DNA of 46,742 nt, taken from a virus (Duplodnaviria; Caudoviricetes). The translations under genes were made by a program, and so were the position numbers. Each line of letters begins with the position of its first letter. Within the stretch, counting starts at the first letter, position 1. The notes beneath the pieces are model-generated. The model was given only the letters and a program-made list of their open reading frames with translations, was not told where the DNA came from and did no database searches. The stretch spans positions 1-46,742 of the IMG/VR virus record IMGVR_UViG_3300037706_000012. One strand, 5' to 3'. Shown here one piece after another: positions 36,052-46,412 of the stretch.

Positions 36052-36821
36052 GCTACGACGACCTGGTCGACCGCATGTACTGCCGCGCGCTGGTGGCAGC
36101 GCTGTTCGTGCTCACGCTCGGCGCACTGGGCGTGATCGGGGCTCCGGAGGCTCAGGCATCCACGGGCTGCGTGTGGACCATGGCTGACGTGGACAACCGT
36201 TCCGCCGGCTCCAAGGAGTGTACTTCTTGGTCCGGCGTCAAGCGCATCGCGGACAACGGGGACTCGTGGTCGGCGTGCGCGTCTACCGGATCTCGTGTGG
36301 TGCTGCGCGGCCCGTGGGCCAACTATTGCGGTACGACTCAGTACGCCTACACCACCACCGAGCCGGCGGTCACCGGAGGGGCCCTGGGCACCAAGTCGCG
36401 GGCCATCGCGGACAGCATGCGTGCCCTGGGCGCCAAGCACGGCGTGACGGTCCAGCTCGCCCGAGTGGACAACCTCGACAGGCTCGGCTGCCCCTCGGGG
36501 GCGAGCTGGTGGCTGGCCAGTACGTACACCGGCTCCGGTGGGTACAGCACGCCGGGAGAGGGTCTCATCCGCGTCGGTGTGACCTCGAACCCGGGCTCTT
36601 GCCTCAAGTACTGGAATCAGGGCTGGAACGCCGTCCGCCACGAGCTGGCCCATGCCCTCATCGAGCGCACGTGCGGCACCACGGCACCGCCCATCATGCA
36701 GGGTCGTGTGGAGCCTGTGACGGGGGCGTACAGCGCCTTGTTCCTGGGCAACACCGACGACACCGAGTCCGGCGCGGACAAGTGGCGTGCTCGCAAGATC
36801 TACGAGGGGCGGTGTTCCTGA
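36048..36821 (+). CDS. Secreted Cys-rich protein with HEXXH zinc-metallopeptidase motif
   Basis: Hydrophobic signal ending AQA; VRHELAHALI; downstream E in GRVEPV. Confidence 0.7.
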   Translation: MSYDDLVDRMYCRALVAALFVLTLGALGVIGAPEAQASTGCVWTMADVDNRSAGSKECTSWSGVKRIADNGDSWSACASTGSRVVLRGPWANYCGTTQYAYTTTEPAVTGGALGTKSRAIADSMRALGAKHGVTVQLARVDNLDRLGCPSGASWWLASTYTGSGGYSTPGEGLIRVGVTSNPGSCLKYWNQGWNAVRHELAHALIERTCGTTAPPIMQGRVEPVTGAYSALFLGNTDDTESGADKWRARKIYEGRCS

Positions 36822-37084
36822 TGGCAAAGGTGTACCCGGACGAGCTGGAAGCTGCCTCCAACGCTGTGTTCCTGGATATGGAAGGGGGCCAGTTGGACTC
36901 CCGAAGGCTGGCCCGCGCGGCTCTCGAAGCTGCCATGCCCCGCGTCGAGCGACGCGTGCTCAGGTTCGCCAGGTACGAGCTGCTGCGCACCAAGATGGGC
37001 GACAACTCGCAGGACGCGTGGACCAGCGGTATGCGCAAGGCAGTCCGCGTGTTGCAGGACCAGATCGACAGGGTGGTCTCCTGA
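36821..37084 (+). CDS. Hypothetical protein
   Basis: TGATG coupling on both sides; LARAALEAAMP. Confidence 0.7.
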   Translation: MAKVYPDELEAASNAVFLDMEGGQLDSRRLARAALEAAMPRVERRVLRFARYELLRTKMGDNSQDAWTSGMRKAVRVLQDQIDRVVS

Positions 37085-37386
37085 TGGTACAAGCACACGA
37101 GCACCGATGGATCCTAGGTGACTGGTGCGAGATCAAGGGCTGTACCGCCACCCGGCGCCGAGACCACCTGGTGGCTGCCGAATACCTGGTCGAGGTGCTC
37201 CGCACGCCGGGCACCGACGTCCGCCTGGTCGACGGCTGGCTCTGCGACGTCAACGTGCCGCTGGTCTCGCTGGACCAGGTGGCCGAGGATCTTAACGAGC
37301 TGGCAGCGTTCGGACGAGTGACCAGCACCACACGGGACGCCGCCACCATCCGACGGGCCATCGAGGTACTGAGGGGGAGGACATGA
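37084..37386 (+). CDS. Hypothetical protein
   Basis: TGATG coupling; HEH...CEIKGC. Confidence 0.65.
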   Translation: MVQAHEHRWILGDWCEIKGCTATRRRDHLVAAEYLVEVLRTPGTDVRLVDGWLCDVNVPLVSLDQVAEDLNELAAFGRVTSTTRDAATIRRAIEVLRGRT

Positions 37387-37736
37387 CCACACAGACCCTA
37401 CGCGAGTCCGCCATCGAGGCGTACCTGGACAAGCGGGTACGCCAGGTCGGCGGGCTCACGTTCAAGATCGCGCCGACCATCAAGGGTCTTCCCGACCGCT
37501 GCGTGCTGGCGCCTCACGGGGGCATCTACCTGGTGGAGCTGAAGACCTCGGCAGGGGTCCTGTCCCCCGCTCAGATCCAGTGGCACCTGCGGGCCCGGGG
37601 CGTCGGCCACGTCATCCATGTTCTGCGGTCCAGGGAACAGGTGGAGTCGTTCGTCCGGTGGATCGTGTGGTCAGCTACGTCGGAAGCCCGCAAGAAGCCG
37701 AAGCCCACCCCTGCGGAAGACGAGGATCTGATCTGA
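37383..37736 (+). CDS. VRR-NUC domain nuclease
   Basis: RESAIE, GLPDRCVL, VELKTSAGVLSPAQ. Confidence 0.9.
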   Translation: MTTQTLRESAIEAYLDKRVRQVGGLTFKIAPTIKGLPDRCVLAPHGGIYLVELKTSAGVLSPAQIQWHLRARGVGHVIHVLRSREQVESFVRWIVWSATSEARKKPKPTPAEDEDLI

Positions 37737-37963
37737 TGAGCGTCATGACCCCACTGCCCAAGACCGCCGGTGAGTTCAACCGGCGCTTCCCTGTCGGCAC
37801 TCCGGTCTACTACTGGCCGGGCGCGACGGACGGCGAATACCACGAGTCCGCGACCCGTACACCCGCATGGGAGATGCCCTCCGGGAGCGCGGTCGTGTCC
37901 ATCGAGGGCTATCCCGGCGGCATCGCACTTACCCACATATCGGTTCGCGAGGTGGACCTGTGA
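37736..37963 (+). CDS. Hypothetical protein
   Basis: FNRRFPVGTPVYYWPG...TRTPAW...AVVSIEG..GGIALTHI; TGATG coupling. Confidence 0.75.
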   Translation: MSVMTPLPKTAGEFNRRFPVGTPVYYWPGATDGEYHESATRTPAWEMPSGSAVVSIEGYPGGIALTHISVREVDL

Positions 37964-38181
37964 GCCGGTTCAGTGGCCCACAGGGCAAGGGCACCATGCG
38001 CCAGTACCGGGAGATCAAGCGTGCCAAAGCCGAGGAGCGTCAGGCCAACGAACGCGCCCGAGAGGCTAACCGGCGCAACTTCCAGTTCCGGGATGACGTG
38101 GACCGCGTGATGCGCAACCTCCAGGTAACCCGGAGCGCGGCCCAGCGCATCGTCCGAGAGACGCAGAGGAGAGAAGCATGA
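37960..38181 (+). CDS. Hypothetical basic protein
   Basis: GTGA overlap; GAGG RBS. Confidence 0.65.
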   Translation: MSRFSGPQGKGTMRQYREIKRAKAEERQANERAREANRRNFQFRDDVDRVMRNLQVTRSAAQRIVRETQRREA

Positions 38182-38405
38182 CCACCCACACCTGCCGCTA
38201 CTGCGGCACCGCAGGCGACCTCCAGGAGTCCACCAGCGCGCCGGGTGTGTATGCCTGCCAGACGTGCGTCAACGTGCCCACCAAGCACTGCCACGGGTGC
38301 GGCAAGCACGTCACTCAGGTGGAGGTGGTCGTGGTCAGGTTCACGGGCCAGAGAGCCGAGCGGTGTACGCACTGCACGCACGCGCAGAAGGTGAATGGTC
38401 TGTGA
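38178..38405 (+). CDS. Zinc-finger-like protein (four CxxC)
   Basis: CRYC, CQTC, CHGC, CTHC. Confidence 0.7.
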   Translation: MTTHTCRYCGTAGDLQESTSAPGVYACQTCVNVPTKHCHGCGKHVTQVEVVVVRFTGQRAERCTHCTHAQKVNGL

Positions 38406-39508
38406 GCGAGTTCTGCCTGGACTACTTCGCCGGTGGTGGAGGTATGTCCACCGCCATGGCCCAGCTCGGACTCTCGCACATCAGCGTGGAGTCCGAGCCG
38501 GTCATGATCCAGACCTTGCGAGCCAACGGTCATCCCACCTGGCACGCCGACGTCACCAGCTCCCGGGTACGAGACCACCCGTGGCCGGCCATCTACCTGT
38601 TCCACGCCAGTCCGCCTTGCCAGTCGTTCAGCGTGTCCGGTAGGGGGGAGGGTCGTGCCCACCTGGACTCCATGGCACAGGCTCTGAGAAAGGTAGCCGA
38701 CGGAGCCTTGCCAGAAGACGCCCTGGCGTCGGTGGCAGACGACGCACTGGACAAGCGAACAGAACTCAGCCTGGAGCCGATGTTGGTTATCCAGCGGCAT
38801 CGGCCCCGCTTCATCACGCTGGAGCAAGTCCCGCCAGTACTACCTCTGTGGGAGGCGTACGCGGAGATCCTGCGCGGCTGGGGCTACAGCGCGTGGACGG
38901 GGATGCTGCACAGCGAGCAGTTCGGCGTCCCGCAGACTCGCAAGCGCGCGGTCCTGATGGCCAGCCGCGAGCGCCAGGTCTCCCCGCCGGCGCCGACGCA
39001 CAGCCGATTCCACAGCCGCTCGCCGGAGAGGCTTGACGACGGCCTTTTGCCGTGGGTCTCGATGGCTCGGGCCCTGGACTGGGGCATGACCGCACGACCG
39101 GCCATGACAGTCACTGGCGGGGGCTCGGCTACTGGTGGTGCCGAGCCTTTCGGGAACGCGGCACGTCAGACCATCCGGCGCGAGGAGGAGGAGGGCCGGT
39201 GGGTGCAGAGGTCAAACTACTCAGCGTCAGGGAAACCCGGGCAGACGGCCGAAGAGCGCGGCCGGACGGAGCGTGAGCTGGGACACCCGAGCGTCGTCAT
39301 TACCAGCAAAGGCTTCCGCTGGAAAGCCAAGAACGACGCCGTGCGCGTCACTGTCGAGGAGGCGGCTACCCTACAGACCTTCCCGGAGGGGTACGAGTTC
39401 TGTGGCAACAAGGGAGAACAGTTCCAGCAGGTGGGCAATGCTTACCCTCCAGTGATGGCACTGGCCATCCTGACAGCACTGACCTGCTCGGCTGCACCAC
39501 AGCGGTAG
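38402..39508 (+). CDS. DNA (cytosine-5)-methyltransferase
   Basis: FAGGGG (I), SPPCQSFS (IV), EQV (VI), PQTRKR (VIII), EAATLQTFP (IX), QQVGNA (X). Confidence 0.92.
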   Translation: MSEFCLDYFAGGGGMSTAMAQLGLSHISVESEPVMIQTLRANGHPTWHADVTSSRVRDHPWPAIYLFHASPPCQSFSVSGRGEGRAHLDSMAQALRKVADGALPEDALASVADDALDKRTELSLEPMLVIQRHRPRFITLEQVPPVLPLWEAYAEILRGWGYSAWTGMLHSEQFGVPQTRKRAVLMASRERQVSPPAPTHSRFHSRSPERLDDGLLPWVSMARALDWGMTARPAMTVTGGGSATGGAEPFGNAARQTIRREEEEGRWVQRSNYSASGKPGQTAEERGRTERELGHPSVVITSKGFRWKAKNDAVRVTVEEAATLQTFPEGYEFCGNKGEQFQQVGNAYPPVMALAILTALTCSAAPQR

Positions 39509-39538
39509 GATTACCCAGCTTGACCTAGCAAAGGAACC

Positions 39539-40900
39539 GTGACCCCCGTGAACCATTCTGCTCCCCCGCTGCACGACTACCAGCGCCTTGGCGTGCGGTA
39601 CCTGCACAACCACGACCGTTGTGCTCTGTTCCTGGACATGGGACTCGGCAAGACGGCCACCGTGCTCACGGCACTGGAGCCGCGCCACCTGCCGGTCCTG
39701 GTGGTGGCCCCCAAGCGGGTAGCTCAGCACGTGTGGCCGGAGGAGGCTCGTCTCTGGCGCCGGGACCTACGTCTGGTACACGCCGTGGGGACGCCGGCTC
39801 AGCGGGCGCGCATCCTCCAGTCGGATGCCGACATCATCGTCATCGGGCGTGACAACCTCCGTGACGCCATCTCGCACGCCAAGCGGTTCAAGACGTTCAT
39901 CATGGACGAGATGTCCAGCTTCAAGAACCGCCAGGCCGCGCGCTGGGCAGCAGCCCACAAGATCGCGCAGAAGGTCCCGCACGTGTGGGGGCTCACCGGT
40001 ACGCCGGCACCCAACGGACTGCTGGACCTGTGGGCCCAGATCCGCCTGCTGGACGGCGGAGAGCGGCTGGGCAAGTACATCACGCACTACCGGGGACGGT
40101 ACTTCGTGGCCGGGCGCCAGCTTTCCAACGGCGTCGTGACCGAATGGAACCTCCGCGACGGAGCGGACGCCAAGATTCACGCCCTGCTGGAGGACATCAC
40201 CCTGGCCATGAAGTCCAACGGACGGGTGGACGTGGCGGAGCCTGTGTTCAACCGCGTGCGGGTGGACCTGCCTCCCAAGGCGCGTACCGAGTACAAGCGC
40301 ATGAAGGACGACCTGGTCAACGACCTCACGCTGATCGGCGGCGAGATCCACACGGCTGCGAACGCGGCGGTCGTGACCAGCAAGCTCTCCCAGATGACGG
40401 CTGGCGCCATCCTGCACGACGACGCCGACCTCCGTGGTGGCACCTACGACGTGGTGCATCACGAGAAGGTACGAGCCGTGCGGGAGATCGTGGACGGTAA
40501 CGCCGGCCAGCCCGTGGTGGTGTTCTACTGGTTCAAGGCTGAGCTGGAGCTGCTGAAGGCGGAGTTTGGCCCGGACCTGCACACGCTGGACGAGGAAGAT
40601 GTGGTCATGGCCTGGAACGCGGGCAAGGTTCCGGTCTTGGCTCTCCACCCGCTCAGCGCCGGCCACGGACTCAACCTCCAGCACGGCGGTCATATCGCGG
40701 TGTGGACCACCTTGCCCATGATGAACCTGGAGGCGTGGCAGCAGGCCAACAAGAGGCTCGCCCGCCAGGGCCAGAAGCATCAGGTGGTGGTCCACGTCCT
40801 GGAGGTGCCACGCACCGTGGATGTGGTGCAGTGGGACCGGCTGGTGCTGAAGAAGTCTGTGCAGGACGCCCTGACCGCTCACCTGGAAAGCCCGATCTGA
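39539..40900 (+). CDS. SNF2-family DNA helicase
   Basis: LHDYQ, DMGLGKT, MDEMS, LTGTPAPNGLLDLWAQ, GHGLNLQHGG, RLARQGQ. Confidence 0.93.
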   Translation: MTPVNHSAPPLHDYQRLGVRYLHNHDRCALFLDMGLGKTATVLTALEPRHLPVLVVAPKRVAQHVWPEEARLWRRDLRLVHAVGTPAQRARILQSDADIIVIGRDNLRDAISHAKRFKTFIMDEMSSFKNRQAARWAAAHKIAQKVPHVWGLTGTPAPNGLLDLWAQIRLLDGGERLGKYITHYRGRYFVAGRQLSNGVVTEWNLRDGADAKIHALLEDITLAMKSNGRVDVAEPVFNRVRVDLPPKARTEYKRMKDDLVNDLTLIGGEIHTAANAAVVTSKLSQMTAGAILHDDADLRGGTYDVVHHEKVRAVREIVDGNAGQPVVVFYWFKAELELLKAEFGPDLHTLDEEDVVMAWNAGKVPVLALHPLSAGHGLNLQHGGHIAVWTTLPMMNLEAWQQANKRLARQGQKHQVVVHVLEVPRTVDVVQWDRLVLKKSVQDALTAHLESPI

Positions 40901-40901
40901 C

Positions 40902-41129
40902 ATGACCAAGAACCGCACGGAGGAGCTAGCCGCTGCTCTTCAGATGTCAGCCCAAACGCCCTGGTGCCGCACCTGCGACCGCCAACACCCGTGGAACATG
41001 CCTGCGAACACGTTCCGTTGTGAGGACTGTGGCTTCGGTGGGTGGGATCCCCTGCTGACGGCCCACCACATCCGGATCTACCCGAGCCACACCGTGTCCA
41101 TCACATTCCACCTGATGCACCCGGCATGA
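40902..41129 (+). CDS. Zn-binding hypothetical protein
   Basis: CRTCDRQH, CEDC...HH...H. Confidence 0.6.
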   Translation: MTKNRTEELAAALQMSAQTPWCRTCDRQHPWNMPANTFRCEDCGFGGWDPLLTAHHIRIYPSHTVSITFHLMHPA

Positions 41130-41440
41130 GCGGCACCAGAGGGACCACCAACGGCAACGCCAGGGGCTCCGTGTACAACCGGCGCCAGCGGCGCGCGTGG
41201 CTGGTGCTGACGTACGCCAGTGACGTCCCTGGGTTCGTGCGCTGCTACCGGTGCGGGTGTCTGCTGTTCAACCCGGACAAGGCCATACCCCGTGAGGTGC
41301 TGGACAGGGCGGGAGCCGTGCGGCTGACTGTCGACCGCATCGTCCCGGGCTGCCAGGGAGGCACGTACCGCCGAGAGAACATCCGGCCGGCGTGCGGCCC
41401 GTGCAACAGCGAGACCGGAGGAGGTGTGAGATCTAGATGA
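41126..41440 (+). CDS. HNH endonuclease-like protein
   Basis: CYRC...TVDRIVPGCQGGTYRRENIRPACGPCN. Confidence 0.82.
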   Translation: MSGTRGTTNGNARGSVYNRRQRRAWLVLTYASDVPGFVRCYRCGCLLFNPDKAIPREVLDRAGAVRLTVDRIVPGCQGGTYRRENIRPACGPCNSETGGGVRSR

Positions 41441-43794
41441 GGTCCAAGTTCAATATCGTTACGGCGCCGCGACGGGACAGCCGTCACTGGAAAAATGGCA
41501 CCATCTCGTGGGACGAGATCCTGGGGTGGATGGTTGCCCCACGTACCAAGAAGGACTCCGGCAGCTATGTGCTCGGTCTGCTGGACAAGACCGAGGCCAA
41601 GCACTCCGGCAACGACAAGCCGTGCATAGGCGTCCACCGGCGCAAGCAGGCCGTGGTCAGCCGGAGCATGCTGGCGCTGGACGTGGACTCCCCCGCTGAC
41701 GACTTCCTCCTCAGCCTGGCCATGCTGGGCGTGCGCCTGGTGTGGCATACCACGCACTCCAGCCGTCCGGACAAGCCCAGGTACCGCGTCCTGATCCCGC
41801 TGGACAGGGACGTGGACCCCGGCGAGTACCAGCTCGCCGTCATGGCCGTCATGGACCGGGTGGGGGAGGAGAGCTTCGACCAGGGGTCCACACAGCCGGA
41901 GCGGTACATGTTCCGCCCGGCCGCCGAACATCCGGATTGGTTCTCGTGGGGAGAGATCCAAGGGCCCGTGGCCGAGGCGGACGGGCTCGTCTCCGCCGCG
42001 CCGGACCTGAGCACGCTGCCCGTGCCGGCGGTGCCCAAGGCGAAGCAGAGCCCCTTCGACATGCCGGGCGTGCTGGGTGCGTTCAATCGCGCCTACACCG
42101 ACCTGGACGACCTGTCCAAGGAGTACGACCTGCCGTACGTGTCTGTCGGCAGCGACCGGTGGGCCCTGGCGGGCACCGACAGCGCGGCGGGCATGGGCGC
42201 TGTGACGGATGGCCTGTGGTTCAGCCACCACGCCAACGACCCCGCCGGCGGACGAGCAGCGACAGCGTTCGATCTGGTGCGGACGCACCGGTACGGGCAC
42301 TTGGACGACGAGGCCAAGCCGGGCACACCCATCAACCGGATGCCCAGCCACCTGGAGATGCTGAAGTGCGCCCAGTCTGACGTCCGTGTGGTAATGGAGG
42401 TGGTGGGGCAAGACTTCGGTCCGGCAGCGAGTCAGGAGCTGGCAGCCAACGATGACGACGACGATCCCCAGCCGGCACCGCCCGTGGACTGGCGGTCCGG
42501 CTTGCAGATCAGCAGCAGTGGTCAGATCCGGGACACCATTGGCAACTGGGACCTCATCTCCCACCACGACTCGGTGCTCCAGTCGCTGCGGTACAACGTG
42601 TTCACGCTGGGCATGGAGTCCGACAGTGACCTGCCGTGGCGTGCGACCGACGTACACGCCGGCGGCCCTCTGTTCTCAGAGAACGACAGGCTGGCGCTGG
42701 CGGACTACATCGAGCGCACATACACCATCAGGCCGATGCGTGGCCGGATCGATAGCCTGGTCGCCGCTCAGGGAGCTGCCCGCCGGCACGACCCGGTGAA
42801 GAGCTACCTGGAGAACCTCCCGGAGTGGGACGGCCGGTCCCGCCTGGAGGAGTGCCTGCCCGGTGTGCGACCCACGGAGTACACACGGCTGGTGGCCCGC
42901 AAGTCCATGGTGGCTGCTGTCGCGCGGGTCATGGACCCCGGCGTCAAGTGGGACCACAGCCTGGTCCTGTACGGCGACGAAGGGCTCGGCAAGTCGTACT
43001 GGATCGACAAGATGGCGCAGGGCTTCACGGCTACTCTCGGAAGGGTAGACCAGAAGGACACGCTGATCGTGATGCACCGGTCGTGGATCGTGGTGGCCGA
43101 CGAGGGCCACTCCATGAAGAAGGCCGACGCCGATCAGCTCAAGGAGTTCCTGACACGCCGGCATGATGTGTTCCGCATGCCGTACGACCGCCAGGCCAAC
43201 GAGTACCCCCGCCGCAACGTGATCTGGTCCACCACCAACGACGAGATCTTCCTGCGCAGACAGCAGGGCAATCGGCGATTCCTGATCGTCCACTGCCAGG
43301 ACAAGGTCGACTTCTCTCTGCTCACGGACGAGTACATCGACCAGGTGTGGGCCGAAGCCGTGGCCGCTTACCGTGGCGGCGAGCTGCTGTTCCTGGAGGG
43401 GGAGCAAGCTGCTCTCGCGGCCAGCGAACGGGAGCGCTTCACGGAGGAGGACCACACGTCGGGCATCGCGCAGGAGTTCCTGGACATGCTGGTCCCCGCC
43501 GACTGGGACGACCTGGGGCCCTATGGACGTCAGGACTGGTACCGCGACCATCAGCAGGGCATGGCGCAAGGCGTCGTGCAGCAGGAGCGCACCTGCGCGC
43601 TACAGATCTGGACGGAAGCCCTGGGCAACGACAAGGGCCGCGCCGGCAAGGCGGACCTACGCCAGATCCACGAGACGTTGAAGGAGCTACCCGGCTGGCG
43701 CAAGCTGCCAGGCCGGCACCGGGTGCCCGGGTACGGCCCACAGCAGACGTACGAGCGGTTCGACTACAAGGCAGAACTGGAGGAGCTGATATGA
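41437..43794 (+). CDS. Primase/helicase (N-terminal primase-polymerase-like domain plus VapE SF3 helicase)
   Basis: LALDVD, HTTHSS..KPRYRVLIPL, SHHANDPA; GDEGLGKS (Walker A), DE, STTND, GNRRF. Confidence 0.9.
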   Translation: MRSKFNIVTAPRRDSRHWKNGTISWDEILGWMVAPRTKKDSGSYVLGLLDKTEAKHSGNDKPCIGVHRRKQAVVSRSMLALDVDSPADDFLLSLAMLGVRLVWHTTHSSRPDKPRYRVLIPLDRDVDPGEYQLAVMAVMDRVGEESFDQGSTQPERYMFRPAAEHPDWFSWGEIQGPVAEADGLVSAAPDLSTLPVPAVPKAKQSPFDMPGVLGAFNRAYTDLDDLSKEYDLPYVSVGSDRWALAGTDSAAGMGAVTDGLWFSHHANDPAGGRAATAFDLVRTHRYGHLDDEAKPGTPINRMPSHLEMLKCAQSDVRVVMEVVGQDFGPAASQELAANDDDDDPQPAPPVDWRSGLQISSSGQIRDTIGNWDLISHHDSVLQSLRYNVFTLGMESDSDLPWRATDVHAGGPLFSENDRLALADYIERTYTIRPMRGRIDSLVAAQGAARRHDPVKSYLENLPEWDGRSRLEECLPGVRPTEYTRLVARKSMVAAVARVMDPGVKWDHSLVLYGDEGLGKSYWIDKMAQGFTATLGRVDQKDTLIVMHRSWIVVADEGHSMKKADADQLKEFLTRRHDVFRMPYDRQANEYPRRNVIWSTTNDEIFLRRQQGNRRFLIVHCQDKVDFSLLTDEYIDQVWAEAVAAYRGGELLFLEGEQAALAASERERFTEEDHTSGIAQEFLDMLVPADWDDLGPYGRQDWYRDHQQGMAQGVVQQERTCALQIWTEALGNDKGRAGKADLRQIHETLKELPGWRKLPGRHRVPGYGPQQTYERFDYKAELEELI

Positions 43795-43934
43795 CCACGA
43801 ACAAATCCATGGACGAACTGGCCAAGCAGGTGTACGGCAACATTCGGCCGAACACGCCGGAGGAGATCGACAAGGTACGCACCCTCACGGCGGACCACAC
43901 CGACATTCAGCGGGCGCTGGGGTTCCTCCCGTGA
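43791..43934 (+). CDS. Small hypothetical protein
   Basis: GGAGGAG RBS; ATGA and GTGA overlaps. Confidence 0.65.
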   Translation: MTTNKSMDELAKQVYGNIRPNTPEEIDKVRTLTADHTDIQRALGFLP

Positions 43935-44326
43935 GCCCGCTGGAGGTGCTGTGGCAGGAGCACTCCCGTGCCGACTGTGCGCGCCGTCAGGTGGGCGCCG
44001 TGGTGCTGTGGGCAGGCCGCGTGGTGGGGCAGGGGCGCAACGCCATGCGGGACGGGGAGTCCTGCACAGGGGGCGACTGCCCCCGTGGCAAGCTGACCTA
44101 CGAGCAGCAGCCGGCGGGCGAGGGGTACTACACCACGGGCCAATGCTGGGCCATCCACGCGGAGGTGGCCGCGCTGCGCCAGGCCGGCGGCAGGGCGCTG
44201 GGTGCAGTGATGATGGTCACCGCCCAGCCGTGCCCAGGCTGCCTGCGCGACATCGAGGAAGCCGGGATCGCCGAGGTGCGCGTGGTGGACTATCCATCTG
44301 CACAGTACGCCACGGTGTACCCGTAG
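43931..44326 (+). CDS. dCMP deaminase
   Basis: C.RRQVGAVV, GRN, IHAEVAAL, VTAQPCPGC, AGI. Confidence 0.9.
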   Translation: MSPLEVLWQEHSRADCARRQVGAVVLWAGRVVGQGRNAMRDGESCTGGDCPRGKLTYEQQPAGEGYYTTGQCWAIHAEVAALRQAGGRALGAVMMVTAQPCPGCLRDIEEAGIAEVRVVDYPSAQYATVYP

Positions 44327-44392
44327 GCAGCGGTACCGTAGTACCGCTGCATCAGGCAATACGTCAACCGACACCACGAGAAAGAGACAACC

Positions 44393-44749
<357 letters not shown>

Positions 44750-44819
44750 GAGCCGCTGGTGGCGGTCGGTGACCTGTGCCCCTACCGCCACCAGCTCACC
44801 CATCTCAAGGAGAGACACC

Positions 44820-45026
44820 GTGGACGACCCCATCATCAGGGAAGCAAAGGCCGACGTGGAGGACACGATCGGCCAGGAGCTCGGCGAGCAAGTGGACGCC
44901 ATCGGTCTGGCGGAAGATATCGTGGAGAACCTGATCAAACAGGGCTTCATCATCGGCCGTCCGTACGGTGACCAGGAGCTGTTCGACGGCGACATCGTCA
45001 TGGTCCGGGTGAAGACTCGTGCCTAG
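44820..45026 (+). CDS. Hypothetical acidic protein
   Basis: AAGGAG RBS, GTG start. Confidence 0.7.
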   Translation: MDDPIIREAKADVEDTIGQELGEQVDAIGLAEDIVENLIKQGFIIGRPYGDQELFDGDIVMVRVKTRA

Positions 45027-46257
45027 TCAGCACGCCACCTTGTCGCCCAGTGCGGCCGAACGCTGGATCTCCTGCCCGGCATCCATCCGGATGGGGGAGA
45101 AGGCGAAGGTACTGCTGGGCGACAAGCATGAGGCATCCTCTCCCTACGCGGAGGAGGGCACCAAGGCTCACGCCCTGGCGGAGATCAGGGCACGGCGGCA
45201 CTTCGGCAAGATCGACGCCGACGAGGAAGCTCGTGAGTACGAGGGGTGGCGGATGGCATCCAAGTTGACGATCGACGAGATCGGCGAGATGGAGGAGCAC
45301 GTCCGGGCGTACATCGAGCTGCTCCAGCAGCGTGTGGACGCCCTGGGCGACTTCGCCATCTTCTTCGAACAGCGGATGCCGTCCGGCGTGGAGCGGTGCT
45401 GGGGCACCAGCGACTCTGTCATCGTCAGCCACGACGTGGTCGAGATCTGGGACTTCAAGTACGGCGCCGGCGTGGCGGTCAGTGCCGTGGGTAACCCACA
45501 GCTCCGCCTGTACGGGCTGGGCGCGCTGGACAAGTTCGGCGACCTGATCGCCACCACTGACCGCATCGTGCTGGGCATCTTCCAACCGCGCGTGTTCTCC
45601 AACGGAGACAACTGGGAGGCCATGTCGGCACAGACGCTCCGTGCCTGGCGTGACGACGTGGCCCGCCCGGCGGGGGAGCTGGCCCTGGGGGACGACGCAC
45701 CGTTCGGCCCCAGCGAGTCGGCCTGCCGCTGGTGCCCTGCCGCCGGCATCTGTACCGAGCGGGCCCGCGTGCTCGCCGGGGAGGACTTCGCTCTGCCGAT
45801 GGAGGACCCGGAGGTACTCACCCCCGATGAGACGGGCGACATCCTGGGCAGGCTCGGCGAGCTACGTGCCTGGGCCGACGCCGTCGAGAAGTCGGCGCTG
45901 GATCGTGCCTACTCCGGCAGTGAGCACATCCCGGGGTACAAGGTGGTCCTGAGCGGGGGCCAGCGCACCATCACTGACCCGGACCAGGCCGTTGACGTGC
46001 TGGCCGGGGAGACCGGCCGCGACCCGGAGGCGTTCACCACCCAGAAGATCAAGCCGCTGGGCGAGCTGGAGAAGATCATCAAGGCTGACCTGCCCAAGGT
46101 ACGCAACGACAAGACCAACCGGCTGCGCTCCCAGACCCTGGAGGACGTTATCCCCAGCTACCTGGGCCGCACGCCCGGCAAGCCGTCCATAGTCCCCGAG
46201 GACGATGGACGGCCGGCCATCAACCCGAATGCGCAAGCCGTGGAGGACTTTTCGTGA
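45019..46257 (+). CDS. DUF2800-family Cas4-like PD-(D/E)XK exonuclease
   Basis: HATLSPSAAERWISCPAS, AEEGTKAH, WGTSD, DFKYGAG, NPQLRLYGLGAL, IFQPR, CRWC.....C. Confidence 0.92.
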   Translation: MPSQHATLSPSAAERWISCPASIRMGEKAKVLLGDKHEASSPYAEEGTKAHALAEIRARRHFGKIDADEEAREYEGWRMASKLTIDEIGEMEEHVRAYIELLQQRVDALGDFAIFFEQRMPSGVERCWGTSDSVIVSHDVVEIWDFKYGAGVAVSAVGNPQLRLYGLGALDKFGDLIATTDRIVLGIFQPRVFSNGDNWEAMSAQTLRAWRDDVARPAGELALGDDAPFGPSESACRWCPAAGICTERARVLAGEDFALPMEDPEVLTPDETGDILGRLGELRAWADAVEKSALDRAYSGSEHIPGYKVVLSGGQRTITDPDQAVDVLAGETGRDPEAFTTQKIKPLGELEKIIKADLPKVRNDKTNRLRSQTLEDVIPSYLGRTPGKPSIVPEDDGRPAINPNAQAVEDFS

Positions 46258-46412
46258 AGCGTCTGCTCTACCGCCTGGGGCTCCGTCCCAGGCACACATC
46301 CATCTGGTACGACTACCGGCTGTCGGTGTTGTACCGGTCCATGGATCACATATCGGCACTGGGCCTACCGCCCGTGCCCAACACCGGACCACGACACTGG
46401 AGTGAAAAATGA
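46254..46412 (+). CDS. Small hypothetical protein (52 aa)
   Basis: GGAGG RBS; GTGA and ATGA overlaps with neighbours. Confidence 0.55.
   Translation: MKRLLYRLGLRPRHTSIWYDYRLSVLYRSMDHISALGLPPVPNTGPRHWSEK

Noticed and set aside
45019-46257. Cas4-like gene as part of a CRISPR system
   Set aside because: It is the common phage DUF2800 exonuclease; no array or other cas genes
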